Source: Octopus sinensis (Eukaryota). From it: a DNA stretch of 64,000 bases. A program made the translations under genes and the position numbers. The DNA is taken from assembly GCF_006345805.1 (NCBI RefSeq), contig NC_042997.1, forward strand, positions 46,438,001 through 46,502,000, given 5' to 3'. This document shows, one piece after another, positions 25,963 through 37,840 of the stretch (within the stretch, counting starts at the first letter, position 1; every line of letters starts with the position of its first letter). The notes under the pieces were generated by a model. The model did not search any database and was not told the origin of the DNA. It was given only the letters and a program-made list of their open reading frames with translations.

Positions 25963-26780
25963 ATATGTACTTCGTTCATATTTCCTGTTCCTGGTTTGCA
26001 AAAGTATACCTTTCAAAGTGGGAGGTAGTAATGCAGCTGTTTTTCCATGACAGACCACTTCGATGATCAATGTTACTATCATCTCGGAGCTTTCTACTAA
26101 CGTATCCATGTATAGTCTTCTGCTCATATAGGCTGATCCTTTCATTTGATGATATATTGCGGTAGGGTCGTGAGACTTCTTTGGACATGTATTCTAGGTT
26201 ATTAGACAAAGGATGTTTCTCAAGGAGCTGCCTTCCAAGTCTTATGTTGCTATCAGCCTCATGTATGCTAACTTAGTCAAGGGATGCACTTCGACACTTG
26301 GTAGTTAAAAGATGTTGCCGAAGGGATATGATAGGATATTCGAAGGCATTTTGGGTCGATGCTAACCCTCTTCCGCCTTCTTTCGTTTTAGGTAGTTGCA
26401 GTCTACATCACTTATTATGTGGAAATGTTTGCTTGTTAGTATTTTTCGGGTTTTCCTATCAATGGCTCAGATCTCCTCAAGCATCCAATCAAGCAGCCCA
26501 AATGTTGGTATGAATATTGGCACTTCAAACATGTTGTGGTCCATTGTTTTATTGAATGCAGAGAGTTCTGAGGTTCAAATTTTCTTTATTCGGCTGCAAT
26601 ATTCTTTAGTGACACATCTTTTGTTACAGGTACCATTGTAAGATATGTTCTCATCCAACACTAGATACTTGTAATATTCCTCGTCAGATATAGGAGTAAC
26701 AGTTAAATCATTGATGGATATTTTGCTACTCTGGTTTATAGTTTCCCCCTTTTCAAAACCATATAACAACGCAATCATGT
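25963..26780 (-). mobile_element. Same R4/Dong-type LINE, RT C-terminal/linker part, opposite orientation
   Basis: YYKYLVLDENISYNG, SELSAFNK, DRKTRKIL, EGGRGL, HGYVSRKL, FANQEQEI*TKY; decayed. Confidence 0.85.
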
Positions 26781-27073
26781 ACGTTACCTACACACGTACG
26801 TATGTATGTATAGATGTATGTATATACGTATGCATGTATGTATGTATTTATATAAGTATGTATTTATGTATGTATGTAAGATAGCTACTGAGTTTAACTC
26901 TGCTAATTTTGAAAGTCAAAGGTTGTAATGTCGTCTTCCTCTAGGGGTTAGCTTAGGCATTTGCTGCACATGTGATGTTTCACTACTGCAGGGTATGCTA
27001 TAACTTTTTTCTGTCTCGTCATATATATATATATATATATATTAGATATATATATATATATATATATACCGAT

Positions 27074-27127
<54 letters not shown>

Positions 27128-27145
27128 ATATACGATATATATATA

Positions 27146-27192
<47 letters not shown>

Positions 27193-27232
27193 ATATACGA
27201 TAGATATATATATTATATAATATGTATATATA

Positions 27233-27270
<38 letters not shown>

Positions 27271-27351
27271 GTAAACAAACACGCACACACACACAGACAC
27301 ACACACACACATACACACTCATACGCATATCCCACGCACACACACACACAT

Positions 27352-27560
27352 GAGTGCACGGCTTAGTGGCCAGAGAACTGCAGTTGCGATCGCGAGTTCG
27401 TAGTGTCACCTGTGCATTGTGTTCTTAAATAAAACATATCATGTCATGTTGCTCTCCGATCACTTCGACGTCTGAGGTGAGGTACATTGTGCAACGATCC
27501 GGGCAACATCGATTTATTGAAGCGACTGAGCTAATAAACAGCACATACATTTTCATCATT
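27352..27560 (+). mobile_element. Diverged tRNA-derived SINE-like fragment
   Basis: gcacggcttagtggccagag...gcgagttcgtag resembles A/B boxes. The body does not match families A-C. Confidence 0.35.
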
Positions 27561-27642
27561 ATAAAAACAAATTATTTGTGTAGGTCGTTCAGTGAGAAAT
27601 TTCAGAACCATCACTCTCGGATTACGAGAGACTACCATATAT

Positions 27643-28400
27643 ACAGGGGTTGGACAAAATAATGGAAACATATTAAAATTCAAACAAAATTATTTCAATA
27701 CAAGCGTATCAGTGGCTGTGTGGTAAGTACCTTGCTTACGAACCACATGCTTCCAGGTTCAGCGCCACTGCGTGGCACCTTGGTCAACTGTCTTCTACTA
27801 TAGTCTTGGGCCGACCAAAGCCTTGTGAACGGATTTGGTAGACGGAAACTGTAGGAAGCCCGTCGTATATATGTATACATACATGTATGTGTGTAGATGT
27901 TTGTGCGTCTGTTTGTATCCCACCCCAACAGCGCTTGACAACCGATGCTGGTGAGTTTACGTCCCCGTAACTTAGCAGTCCGGCAGAAGACACCGATAGA
28001 ATAAGTACTAAGCTTACAAAGAATAATTCCTGAGTCGATTTGCTCGACTAAAGGCGGTGCTCCAGCATGGCCGCAGTCACATGACTGAAACAAGATAAAG
28101 AGTAAAAGAGAGAGTAAGAATAACATGGGGTTGGACCTCCTTTGGCAATAATTACAGCTTGGATTCTACAAGGTATGGACTCGTACAAGGTTTCAATTGT
28201 TTCCAAAGGAATTTTTGTCCATTCTTCAGCTAAAACAGTCTCCAGTTCTTGTAGTGATGATGGTGGCGGATATCGATTCCTTACTTGTTTTTCTAAAATG
28301 CACCATAAATGTTCAATAATATTGAGATCTGGGGACTGTGGTGGCCAGATAAGATGGTCAATTTCAGCTTCGTAAGTCTTGAAAGCTGTGTTTTTGTGAT
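27643..28400 (-). mobile_element. Tc1-like transposon 3' fragment interrupted by a SINE
   Basis: Minus strand HLIWPPQSPDLNIIEHLWCILEKQVR..EEWTKIP..LYESIPCRIQAVIIAKGGPT (28400->28125). Tc1-like terminus tacaggggttggacaaaataatggaaaca at ~27642-27670. Confidence 0.85.
27706..28115 (+). mobile_element. SINE family A copy inside the Tc1 remnant
   Basis: Family A head, body and tail are all present. Confidence 0.88.
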
Positions 28401-29088
28401 ACCGTGTATGATGATGTCTGAGATTTTTGCCATGGGCAGGAAGTTGGAACAAAATGCCAACGGGAAATTTTGCGTTAAACTTAGAAAGTCTATTACAGAG
28501 ACATTGGGCATACTTCGGCAAGCTTACGGTGATGCAGCGATGGGTCGGAGTCAATGAGTGGAAGGGCCATGAGCGTCACTCCTGGAATTGTGTAGAAAAG
28601 CATCAGCTTACGCATGCGGATCGTCGAAGACCAACTATTGACGGTTTGCAGAGTTTGACGAAGGTTATTCAGCGAAATCAATCGGATCAGGGCAATGCGA
28701 AAAATTGCATTCTTCACGACGGTAATGCACACTATCACCGAACTCTCCTCACGCATGAGTTTCTCTCCAAAAACAACATAATATCGCTTCCGCACCCGTC
28801 CAATTCACCAGATTTAACCCCGGCAGACTTCCATCTTTTCCCCAAGGTGAGAGTGCAGCTCAAAGGTCGCCGTTTTAATACTGTTGTCGAGATCAAGAGC
28901 GAATCACAGAAAGCCCTTGAGTCGCTTATGGAAAACGACTTCCAGGCCGGATTCCAAACCTGGCAACAATGTTGGGAATTGTGTATTGCTGTGCAAGTTA
29001 ACTATTTCGAAGGCAATGATGTTAAAACTTAGGTAATAACTTAATTTTTATTAAACATAACTAGGCTCGGAACGTTTTGATACTACCG
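28400..29088 (+). mobile_element. mariner transposon, internally deleted
   Basis: N-terminal LEQNANGKFCVKLRKSITETLGILRQAYGDAAMGRSQ joined to C-terminal ILHDGNAH..HPSNSPDLTPADFHLFPKVRVQLKGRRF..YFEG; TIR-like end at ~29060-29088. Confidence 0.85.
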
Positions 29089-29568
29089 TATGTATATAAA
29101 CATACGTACGTACGTACATACATACACACATTATGTTATAAGTTATGTGTGTTTGATAGACTGAGCATAGTGGAGCACATTTTCCGCGAGGTACTCTCAT
29201 CAGCTGGTGGGGAATATAATTTCACATGTAAGAATTTTTTTAAACGAGAAAGAAAAAAAATCTCCTTCAGATGTTCAACTGTACCTCTCTTTCAATGAAA
29301 GGTAACTAAGTGAATAGTTGAAGTGAAACAGGTGTGTATGTAGCCAATAGGCTTTTAATTAATATATGATTATGTACGTACATGCGTATATGTATATATA
29401 CACACATAAATATATACCTATATAGATACATAAAGAAATGGACGCATAGGCAAATCTAGATATAGCGATATATTTCAATATGAATGTATAAAAGTAAAAA
29501 TATATGTATGTGTGTGTGTATATATAACAAAAAAGTGACCATCCCAAAATATATGAATATATGTATGT

Positions 29569-29615
<47 letters not shown>

Positions 29616-29630
29616 TATATATATATATAT

Positions 29631-29669
<39 letters not shown>

Positions 29670-30284
29670 TTGTGTGTTTGTGTGGTGTGTAAGTATATAT
29701 ATATATATATATGGAGAGAGAGAGAGAGAGAGAGGGTGGTATGTATGTATATAAAACATCTTTATTCTTGTATGTTTATACAGGGAAACAGTAAGGTAAA
29801 TAAAGGAACCACATATGTTAATGCTATATATCCAAATGAGTTTGCAATTAGTTATGAGAATTGGATTGAATCATTTCTTCTTTCTTCCAAATATTGCTCA
29901 GGAGAGCATAACAGCTCACGAATAATTCCCATAAGAAAGCTTGAAAGAATAGTGATGCCTAACGAATGCTTGCAACAGTGTGATCCCAACTAAAAGCACG
30001 AAGGGACCAGGTGATACACTGCGTTATGGTCGTTTGTTGATACTAATGATGCTCACCACCTTCGTATATAGATCGTTTGATGTTCAGCTCTCTGACGTAC
30101 AGCTCTGATGGAAGATGAGGCCTGAAAATGTCTGACTGGTATGACCAGTAGTAAATGTGTCTATGACCTTCTTCTCTCCTTTCTTCTACCGTTGCCTATT
30201 GCGCTTCTCTTCTACCTATTCAACCCACCTTTAACAATAAGTCTGTCAAATGTATAACAGTCAATGATGTCTTACTTTTTAAGG

Positions 30285-30440
30285 CTAAATATTACTCCTC
30301 TCCAAAGTGGCTTTCAACTGGTCTTTGAACATGTTCTTTAGGCTTCCATCTAGCCGTTTACCATCGTGTTGCTCTTGTATAGAAATCTTCGACAGAAGAT
30401 GTGCACTACATAGAAGTCTCCTACATTGATACCTGTTTAG
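30285..30440 (-). mobile_element. RTE-type LINE C-terminal remnant
   Basis: RRLLCSAHLLSKISIQEQHDGKRLDGSLKNMFKDQLKATL resembles the RTE C-terminus (RRLRWAGH...R..G.....FKD.LK); highly diverged. Confidence 0.45.
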
Positions 30441-30489
30441 AGTGGATTTAATGACACAAGTGACAGTTTGATTAAATATTTCTCTTTTA

Positions 30490-30697
30490 TACTCTAGGCA
30501 CAAAGCCCGAAATTTTTGAGAAGGAGGCCAGTCGATTAGGTCGACCTCAGTACGCAACTGGTACTTAATTTATCGATCCTGAAAGGATAAAAGGCAAACT
30601 CGACCTCGGCGGAATTTGAACTCAGAACATAAAGACAGACGAAATACCGCTAAGCATTTTGCCCGGTGTGCTAACGTTTCTGCCATCTCGCCGCCTT
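30490..30697 (-). mobile_element. SINE family B copy
   Basis: Reverse complement of aaggcggcgagatggcagaaacgttagc...ttctgagttcaaattccgccgaggtcgagtttgcc. Confidence 0.85.
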
Positions 30698-31516
30698 GTA
30701 TGATTAAATATTTCTGTGAGTTCAATGTATTCTGCCAAATAACTTAAAGGATTCTCCGGAGACAGTGGATGCTAAGGTCCTCCAGAATTTTATAGTGTTC
30801 TTGTCTTCGGCATCTATAGAAGCGTAGACATCGGCTGCCAATGGGCAAATATTTTGATGCAGAGTCTGTTTAAAAGGTCCTCTTTCTGTGTCTTCCCAAA
30901 AAGTACAGTCATCAGATGAATTTCCTTCCGTGTACAGTCAACAGAAATCATATTGTCTTAATGCTTGAAACGGAAAACTGTGTCTAGTCGTTGCTGTTCT
31001 ATCTAGAAATTAGTGGGAAGTGAGAACTACTGTATATGATACAGTAGGAAGAGAGAACTACCGTATATGATAGAGTGTGCAGTTGACAGAACACATCAGG
31101 TTTCTGCATATTTATTACCCGGTCTATTCATTCCAGAGAGCTGAAATGTTAACCCTTTTGGCGATCGGTTTGTAAGCTTCTAGATCATAGACATCCACAT
31201 ACTATAATGTATTGAAAAGTTCAGACCTGAACTTTGTGGTGACGATGCTGCCTTCTAATATTGACGAAGTTCTCGTCAATTAAGGAGTTAATAGTAATTC
31301 TCAGGTACTTCTTTACCTTTATGCACAATAGTATCGTTGCACAAATGATTTCAGGATGTTCATCATCCTTGTGAAGATATTGGATCTAGCGGACGAGAAT
31401 AACGAGTTACTGGGTCCAAGCAAACTTTCTGAGAATCATATTTGTGAATAATTAAGCATTGCTATTATCGCCATTGTTAGAGTTGGCCAGTTTTCAAATA
31501 AAATGTTATTTGTATT

Positions 31517-31899
31517 GGAAGCACTCCATCGGTTACGACGACGAGGGTTCCGGTTGATCCGAATCAACGGAACAGCCTGCTCGTGAAATTAACGTGTAAG
31601 TGGCTGAGCACTCCACAGACACGTGTACCCTTAACGTAGTTCTCGGGGATATTCAGCGTGACACAGAGAGTGACAAGGCCGGCCCTTTGAAATACAGGTA
31701 CAACAGAAACAGGAAGTAAGAATGAGAGAAAGTTGTGGTGAAAGAGTACAGCAGGGATCACCACCATCCCCTGCCGGAGCCTCGTGGAGCTTTAGGTGTT
31801 TTCGCTCAATAAACACTCACAACGCCCGGTCTGGGAATCGAAACCGCGATCCTATGACCGCGAGTCCGCTGCCCTAACCACTGGGCCATTGCGCCTCCC
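31517..31899 (-). mobile_element. tRNA-derived SINE family C copy with a 12-bp TSD
   Basis: TSD gttatttgtatt at 31505-31516 and 31900-31911. Near-identical to 20623-21006. Confidence 0.93.
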
Positions 31900-32105
31900 G
31901 TTATTTGTATTAGAGACACTAGAGATGTCATGATTTTTTCCAATGTTCGAATTTTCCTTATATTTTCTCAGTGGTTGTGTGTTATCTGTGAAATGTTTTT
32001 TGTTCTTTGAGGAGGTGTGTCTAGTCGACAGTTTGTATTAATGTCGGCTAACGAAAGATATTTTTATATCTCTTTTCTATAAATTTGCCAAGAAAGAGGA
32101 GAAAT

Positions 32106-32106
<1 letters not shown>

Positions 32107-32141
<35 letters not shown>

Positions 32142-33965
32142 ATTTGGCTCAAAAGCAAATAGCAAGGCCATGTAGGGGGACATGGAGTTAAGTACAGGGT
32201 GGTGTTCATGTAAAGAGTTCAGGCCACTAGGTCCAGGGAGGCTTTGAACAAAGCGGTCGTCGGCATCTTTCCATCTCGTCTGGCAGCTTGTACCACGGAT
32301 CCGCAACCCGGACGGAGAAAGCTCCTCTCCTTCGATTGAGATGAAATCGTCGCAGGTAGAGCTTTTCGGAATGACCCCGCAGCCGACGCTCCGGAGCAGG
32401 AGAAAGAACAGCTCTTTCGAGAGGTTACGCTTCCCGCTTATGATGTTGTGGGCGAGAATGAGATCACCACGGCGGCGGCGTTTTTCAAGAGAACAAAGGT
32501 CGAGCGTCCTCAGCCTTTCTTCGTAGGACAAATTTTTGAGACCATGAACCATGCGGGTAGCCAGCCTCTGACTCTTTCGAGGTGCTGTATTTCTTTGAGG
32601 AGATAAGGAGAAGAGGCTTGAATCCCATACTCCAATATGGGTCTCACCAGCGTGACATAGAGTGGCAGGAATATGGCTGCTGTGAGCATTCCGAATGACC
32701 GTCGAATCAAAAACAGAATTCCGCGCGCTTTGTTGGCAGCATGGACGCACTGGGCCGAAGGCGAAAAGGAGGAATCCACCAAGATACCCAGGTCCTTTAC
32801 CTGATCGGTCCTCTCCAGCAGCAGACGACCCGGCTCGAAATCAAGTTGAGTTGCAGGAGTAGAGCCGACAGGCAGATGACAGCACTTTGACACGTTCAGA
32901 CACAGGTCCCAATCGTTAGACCACTTCCAAATTGGTGGAGGCATCGACGAAGATCCTCTAGACTACCGCGAGGAGCGACCAGTTTGATATCGTCGGCAAA
33001 TAGAAGGGTGTGTGTTGCGTGAGGTCGTCGGGCAAGTCATTTATGAAGACTAAGAACAACAAGGGCCCAAGCACTGAACCTTGAGGCACGCCACTGCTCG
33101 CACTGGAGACGTCGGCCGCGAACCATTAACTCGGACTTGGAAGGAGCGATCTGAGAGGAAGGCACCAACCCATCGTACAATATCCGGATGGAAACTATAT
33201 GCTTGAAGCTTGACAAGTAGTAGGCGGTGGTTTACCGAGTCAAAAGCTTTGGCAAAGTCCAATAAAACGATGTCAACAGCATCACTATCATCGAGGATGC
33301 GCGTCACCAATTCTTCCATTACTAGTAAGTTGGTCAAGCATGATCTCTTCGGCACGAAGCCGTGTTGGGAATCAGTGATCGAGGCTGTGTTTAGGAGGTG
33401 GAGCATCATACTTTTCTTAAGGATGGTTTCGAACATCTGCTGCTTATTGATGTAAGGGAAACCGGTCGGTAGTTAAGCGGGTCTTCGCGGCTCCCTTTCT
33501 TGAAAATTGGGCAGATTATCGCTGTTCTCCAGTCTGCAGGTATAACACCCGTCGCCAATGACATATTGAATAGTCGTGTTAAGGCTCGCAAATGACCGGA
33601 GCCAACGCTTTGATAACCCGTGGGTGTATGCCGTCAGGGCCGTGACCCTTGTTGACATCGAGGCCTTGAATAACACGTTTGACTTGGTCCCGCGTGATGA
33701 TCAATCGAAGCATTGGAGGTACCGATCTATCAAATGGAGGGGGTTCACGACCATCATCTTGTTTGAAAATAGTTGAAAAAGCCTCGGCAAATAATTGACT
33801 CTGTTGATAAGGGTCCTCAATCGATACGCCTGTTGAGTCTACCAACGTTGCAATCTGGTTGTTCAAGCGGGAATTCCGCTTGACATGGGCAAAGAAGGTT
33901 TTTGGATTGCTACTGGCATTTGCCGCGATTTTGTATTCATAACTGAAGCGTTCCTTCTTTTCAAT
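32107..33965 (-). mobile_element. CR1-clade LINE, 5'-truncated, near-complete RT with frameshifts
   Basis: [90 protein letters not shown], followed by a (TAAC)n tail at 32107-32140. Confidence 0.95.
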
Positions 33966-34814
33966 TTTCACGTTTAATTCCTCGCAATACGAAACATCGA
34001 TAGTAATCCAATTCTTGTGAAATTCGCCAAAATGTGACCCATAGACTTGATCACAAAATTAAAACGCCTTAACAAGTTAATCAACATCAACAACGAGAAC
34101 GACAATGATAATAGGCTGGTAATTGTGAAGGGACGAGTTTAGCCGAATAAATCGTTTCCAACACTTCAGTGGTTCTTTATTCTATTGTCTCTTGAAAGGA
34201 GAAAAGTAAAGATGTTACCAATCTAAGCATTTAAACCCATTATGCAAAGTATCCTAATTAAAGTATTTCGCCCAACTTTTCAAAGATTCTGCTATCCAAG
34301 TAAGACAAGAATTTGTGACATTCATATATTTTTAAAGATCAGATATTAATACGAAAATTTTTAAATTTTTTTCCCAATTTTGATATTGTCTGAGAGTGCT
34401 TACATATGCAATATATTCTTTGTCTTTAGTTATAATTTCTTATCCGTCATCTCCCGCCATTTTCTTATTTTCCGTTTCCCCGCACTCTTTATATATATAT
34501 ATCTTTAACCATTGTTGATATTTGCAACCTTTGATGTATTGCAAAAAAGCACTTCACAAAGCAAAAATGAAACTAATCACCACATATTATTTTTTTTTCA
34601 TTTATTTTCCCTCTCTTTAAATTTTATTTCTTCTTTCCTTCATTTTTTTCTTTATGGCTTTAACTGAAATTTTTAGCCATATCTTTAGCTATTCATTAGT
34701 TTGTGTTTTCTTGATCAGACAATACTTCAAATAATTGAATAATTGAATAAATACAGAAAGTTAGAGATATATAGATTGGAAGTAAAGGAAAAAAAGATAG
34801 TTACTAATAATTGT

Positions 34815-35230
34815 TTTTAACATAAAAAGACAGATAGATAGATAAAAACACAGTAGGCATATGCCTGCCTACATACGTACACACACATATATATACATGC
34901 ACACACACATATATATAGTATATATATATATTTATGAATGTATATATACATATTTGCATGTATATATATATATATGTATATATATATACATATATATATA
35001 CATATATTTATGTATACATATATATACATATGCATATATATACATATACATATATATATACAAATATATATAAATGCATATATATATGCATATATATATG
35101 TATACATATATATGTATATGTATATATACATATATATACATATATATATACATTCAAATATATATAAATATATTTATATATATATATATATGTGTGTATG
35201 TGTGTGTGTATGTATATATGTATGTATATG
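34815..35230. repeat. (AT)/(ATAC) microsatellite
   Basis: Directly visible. Confidence 0.9.
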
Positions 35231-36586
35231 TAAAGAATATTTAGAGAGGAGTTCGGGGTACATATGGATAGAAATATGAAAAGAAACATTTATAGAAATT
35301 GATGAGTTGATAAGTAGATAAATTAGAAAGAAAAAATAAACAGATAAAAAAGCGGATAAACATTGCACTAAAGTTACTGATAGAAAGAAAAAAGCTCAAA
35401 AAAAAAAATTGACAGAAAGAAAGAAAAAAAATTACAAGAAAAAAAACTGAAAATATGGTTGAAAGTAATAAGAATAATTTTCTGAAGATATCTCGAAGAA
35501 TATTTCAAAGAAAAAAAAAGAGAAAAAGTAAAGGACTATCAAAATAAAACTATTAGAAAAGCAAATCACAGAACTATGTGAGGTGGAATTTGAGTGAACA
35601 GGGGCAGTTTAAAGTAAAGAATAAAAAGAAATAACACTGCGGTCAGTATTGAGAGACTTTGAAAGTTGCTGTCGACGTTGATGTCAAAATAAACATCACC
35701 CACCTAAAAAAAAATAATAAATATACAGGCAAAATAAATAAATAAGTCAATATAATAAGATAAACTAAATATAATGATGTCTAAGTCAGGAAAATGTGAA
35801 CTTTAGAATGTAAAGAGAAACAAGCTGAGAATGTTTTAAATGTCAAATTTATACTCTAATGATCTGTCAAGGGTTAAGATTTCTTTGATCAATTGATCAC
35901 AGCTACTTATTTAATCACCCAAAGACTGATGTACTCCGGATCCATCCTCCTTGTTAATAACACCCTGTCAGACCCCAAAATGTATTAACATCAGTTTAAT
36001 AGCCTCAGGACTCGGCACAATTATTATGCCTGTCTTCTTTAATTGTAGCCTATGGACAAGACAGATTTTTTTCATTCTTTTTAGCGAGTGTAATTCGAGA
36101 AGATTGCTTCAACAGATATCTGATACCCAGAGAAAAAATGAGTTGTCTTAGTCATACTTGGTGATAGTCACTAGAATTGGTAAGCTAGTAAAGATGTGTT
36201 CGCATAAATCATGAAATTCTAACAAAATAGCTCTGTGCTTACACCATTAGAAAGGGTAACATATAAAGGTTTTTTATTCCTGTACAAATTTAGTCGGCAA
36301 TGGTTAGTTTCAACACCTCATAGTACAAGATTTATAAGAATTTAGAGTGCAAAATTCATAACTGTTCCGAAGAAGTGAATAATATTACTTGACAGAGACG
36401 TTCTTAAGTTATCGTGTTCAGTTACAAGTAGTCTTGCTGTATAACACTCCATATATAAGAGAACTGAGATAATTCAGCACATACCTATGCTGGAAAAATA
36501 TGTTTGCCACCTTGTAAAATTCATAGAAACTTCTTTCACAGGCAAGTCGTTCTTCGGTAAACATTACGAGCTTGCCAGGCGATACA

Positions 36587-37110
36587 TACGTGGTCCAATC
36601 AATAAATATCCGGACTATTGCTATAGTAACGAAGCTAAAACACGGAGAGTGAAGCCGCTTAGCCTAGATTGGCCTCGAGCGCTGCTGGTCTTGCGCACTA
36701 AGTTCAACGTTCTAGCTCTCTTCCGCTCTCTACAGCAGTACTTATAATGTAGGTGTGTAGCGTGTGATCGTCGCATTGACCATGACAGAGAAGGTTGAGC
36801 AGAAAATCTGCATCAAATTTTGCCAAAAGCTTGGTGATACCTGCCCAGAGGCCTGCGCAAAGATTTCAAAATGTTTTCATCGTTCTCAACACAATGAAGG
36901 AAATTTTGTGCAACTGAAACCCGAGTGTCTTTTTGGTCAGCTGAAAGCAGTTTTGGCACAAACTTGGCAGACACGCAACTCATACCCAAAATCTTCAGTG
37001 ATAATGGACTGAACTGAACCGTAACTAATCTGCACACCTTCTGATAACTCATGGATGGTGATTCAACGATCTCCCCGCACAGCTGCACGCACAATAAGTT
37101 TGCTAACAAT
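36587..37110. mobile_element. mariner remnant with an internal inversion
   Basis: Plus strand: TIR-like start, then MTEKVEQKICIKFCQKLGDTCPEACAKI (36782-~36865). Minus strand 37110->36866: LGMSCVSAKFVPKLLSADQKDTRVSVAQNFL. Confidence 0.8.
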
Positions 37111-37124
37111 AAGTTTGTATATAT

Positions 37125-37240
<116 letters not shown>

Positions 37241-37241
37241 G

Positions 37242-37275
<34 letters not shown>

Positions 37276-37448
37276 TAATGTGAAATAGAAAGATGAATAA
37301 TCTTGTAGTAGATTAATCAAAAGTTTAACCGATACCTTAGTAGCAAAAATCACAGCAGTAAACAGCACGGTTGGAGGTGCAACCGTTCGATTTGTTTTTG
37401 TTTTTGCTCCGCCTCTGTTCTGTTTTTGTTTTTCCAACGGATTTCCTT

Positions 37449-37538
37449 TTTTCTTCCTGAAGAGAAAGACACAATATGGTCCCATTATTCAATCGGATTT
37501 TGGTAATTTGTGCCTTTCGAAACACGTGTAGAATGAAA
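37449..37538 (+). ncRNA. Type I hammerhead ribozyme motif with a long stem II (intact core)
   Basis: ttttcttc CTGAAGA GAAAGACACAA-(33 nt)-TTGTGCCTTTC GAAAC ACGT GTA gaatgaaa. All core positions are canonical, stems I and II pair, loop III is palindromic, and the predicted cut is after 37530. Confidence 0.75.
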
Positions 37539-37598
37539 TAAAACGATTTCTGTTCAATCTGCGTTCTGCTCCATTTCTTCAATTCACCAATAATGTTT

Positions 37599-37653
<55 letters not shown>

Positions 37654-37658
37654 ATATA

Positions 37659-37840
<182 letters not shown>

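Noticed and set aside
29170-29210. Minus-strand CUGAUGA GAG uac CUC GCG GAAA
   Set aside because: A three-nt insertion before GAAA, and no stem I or III pairing.
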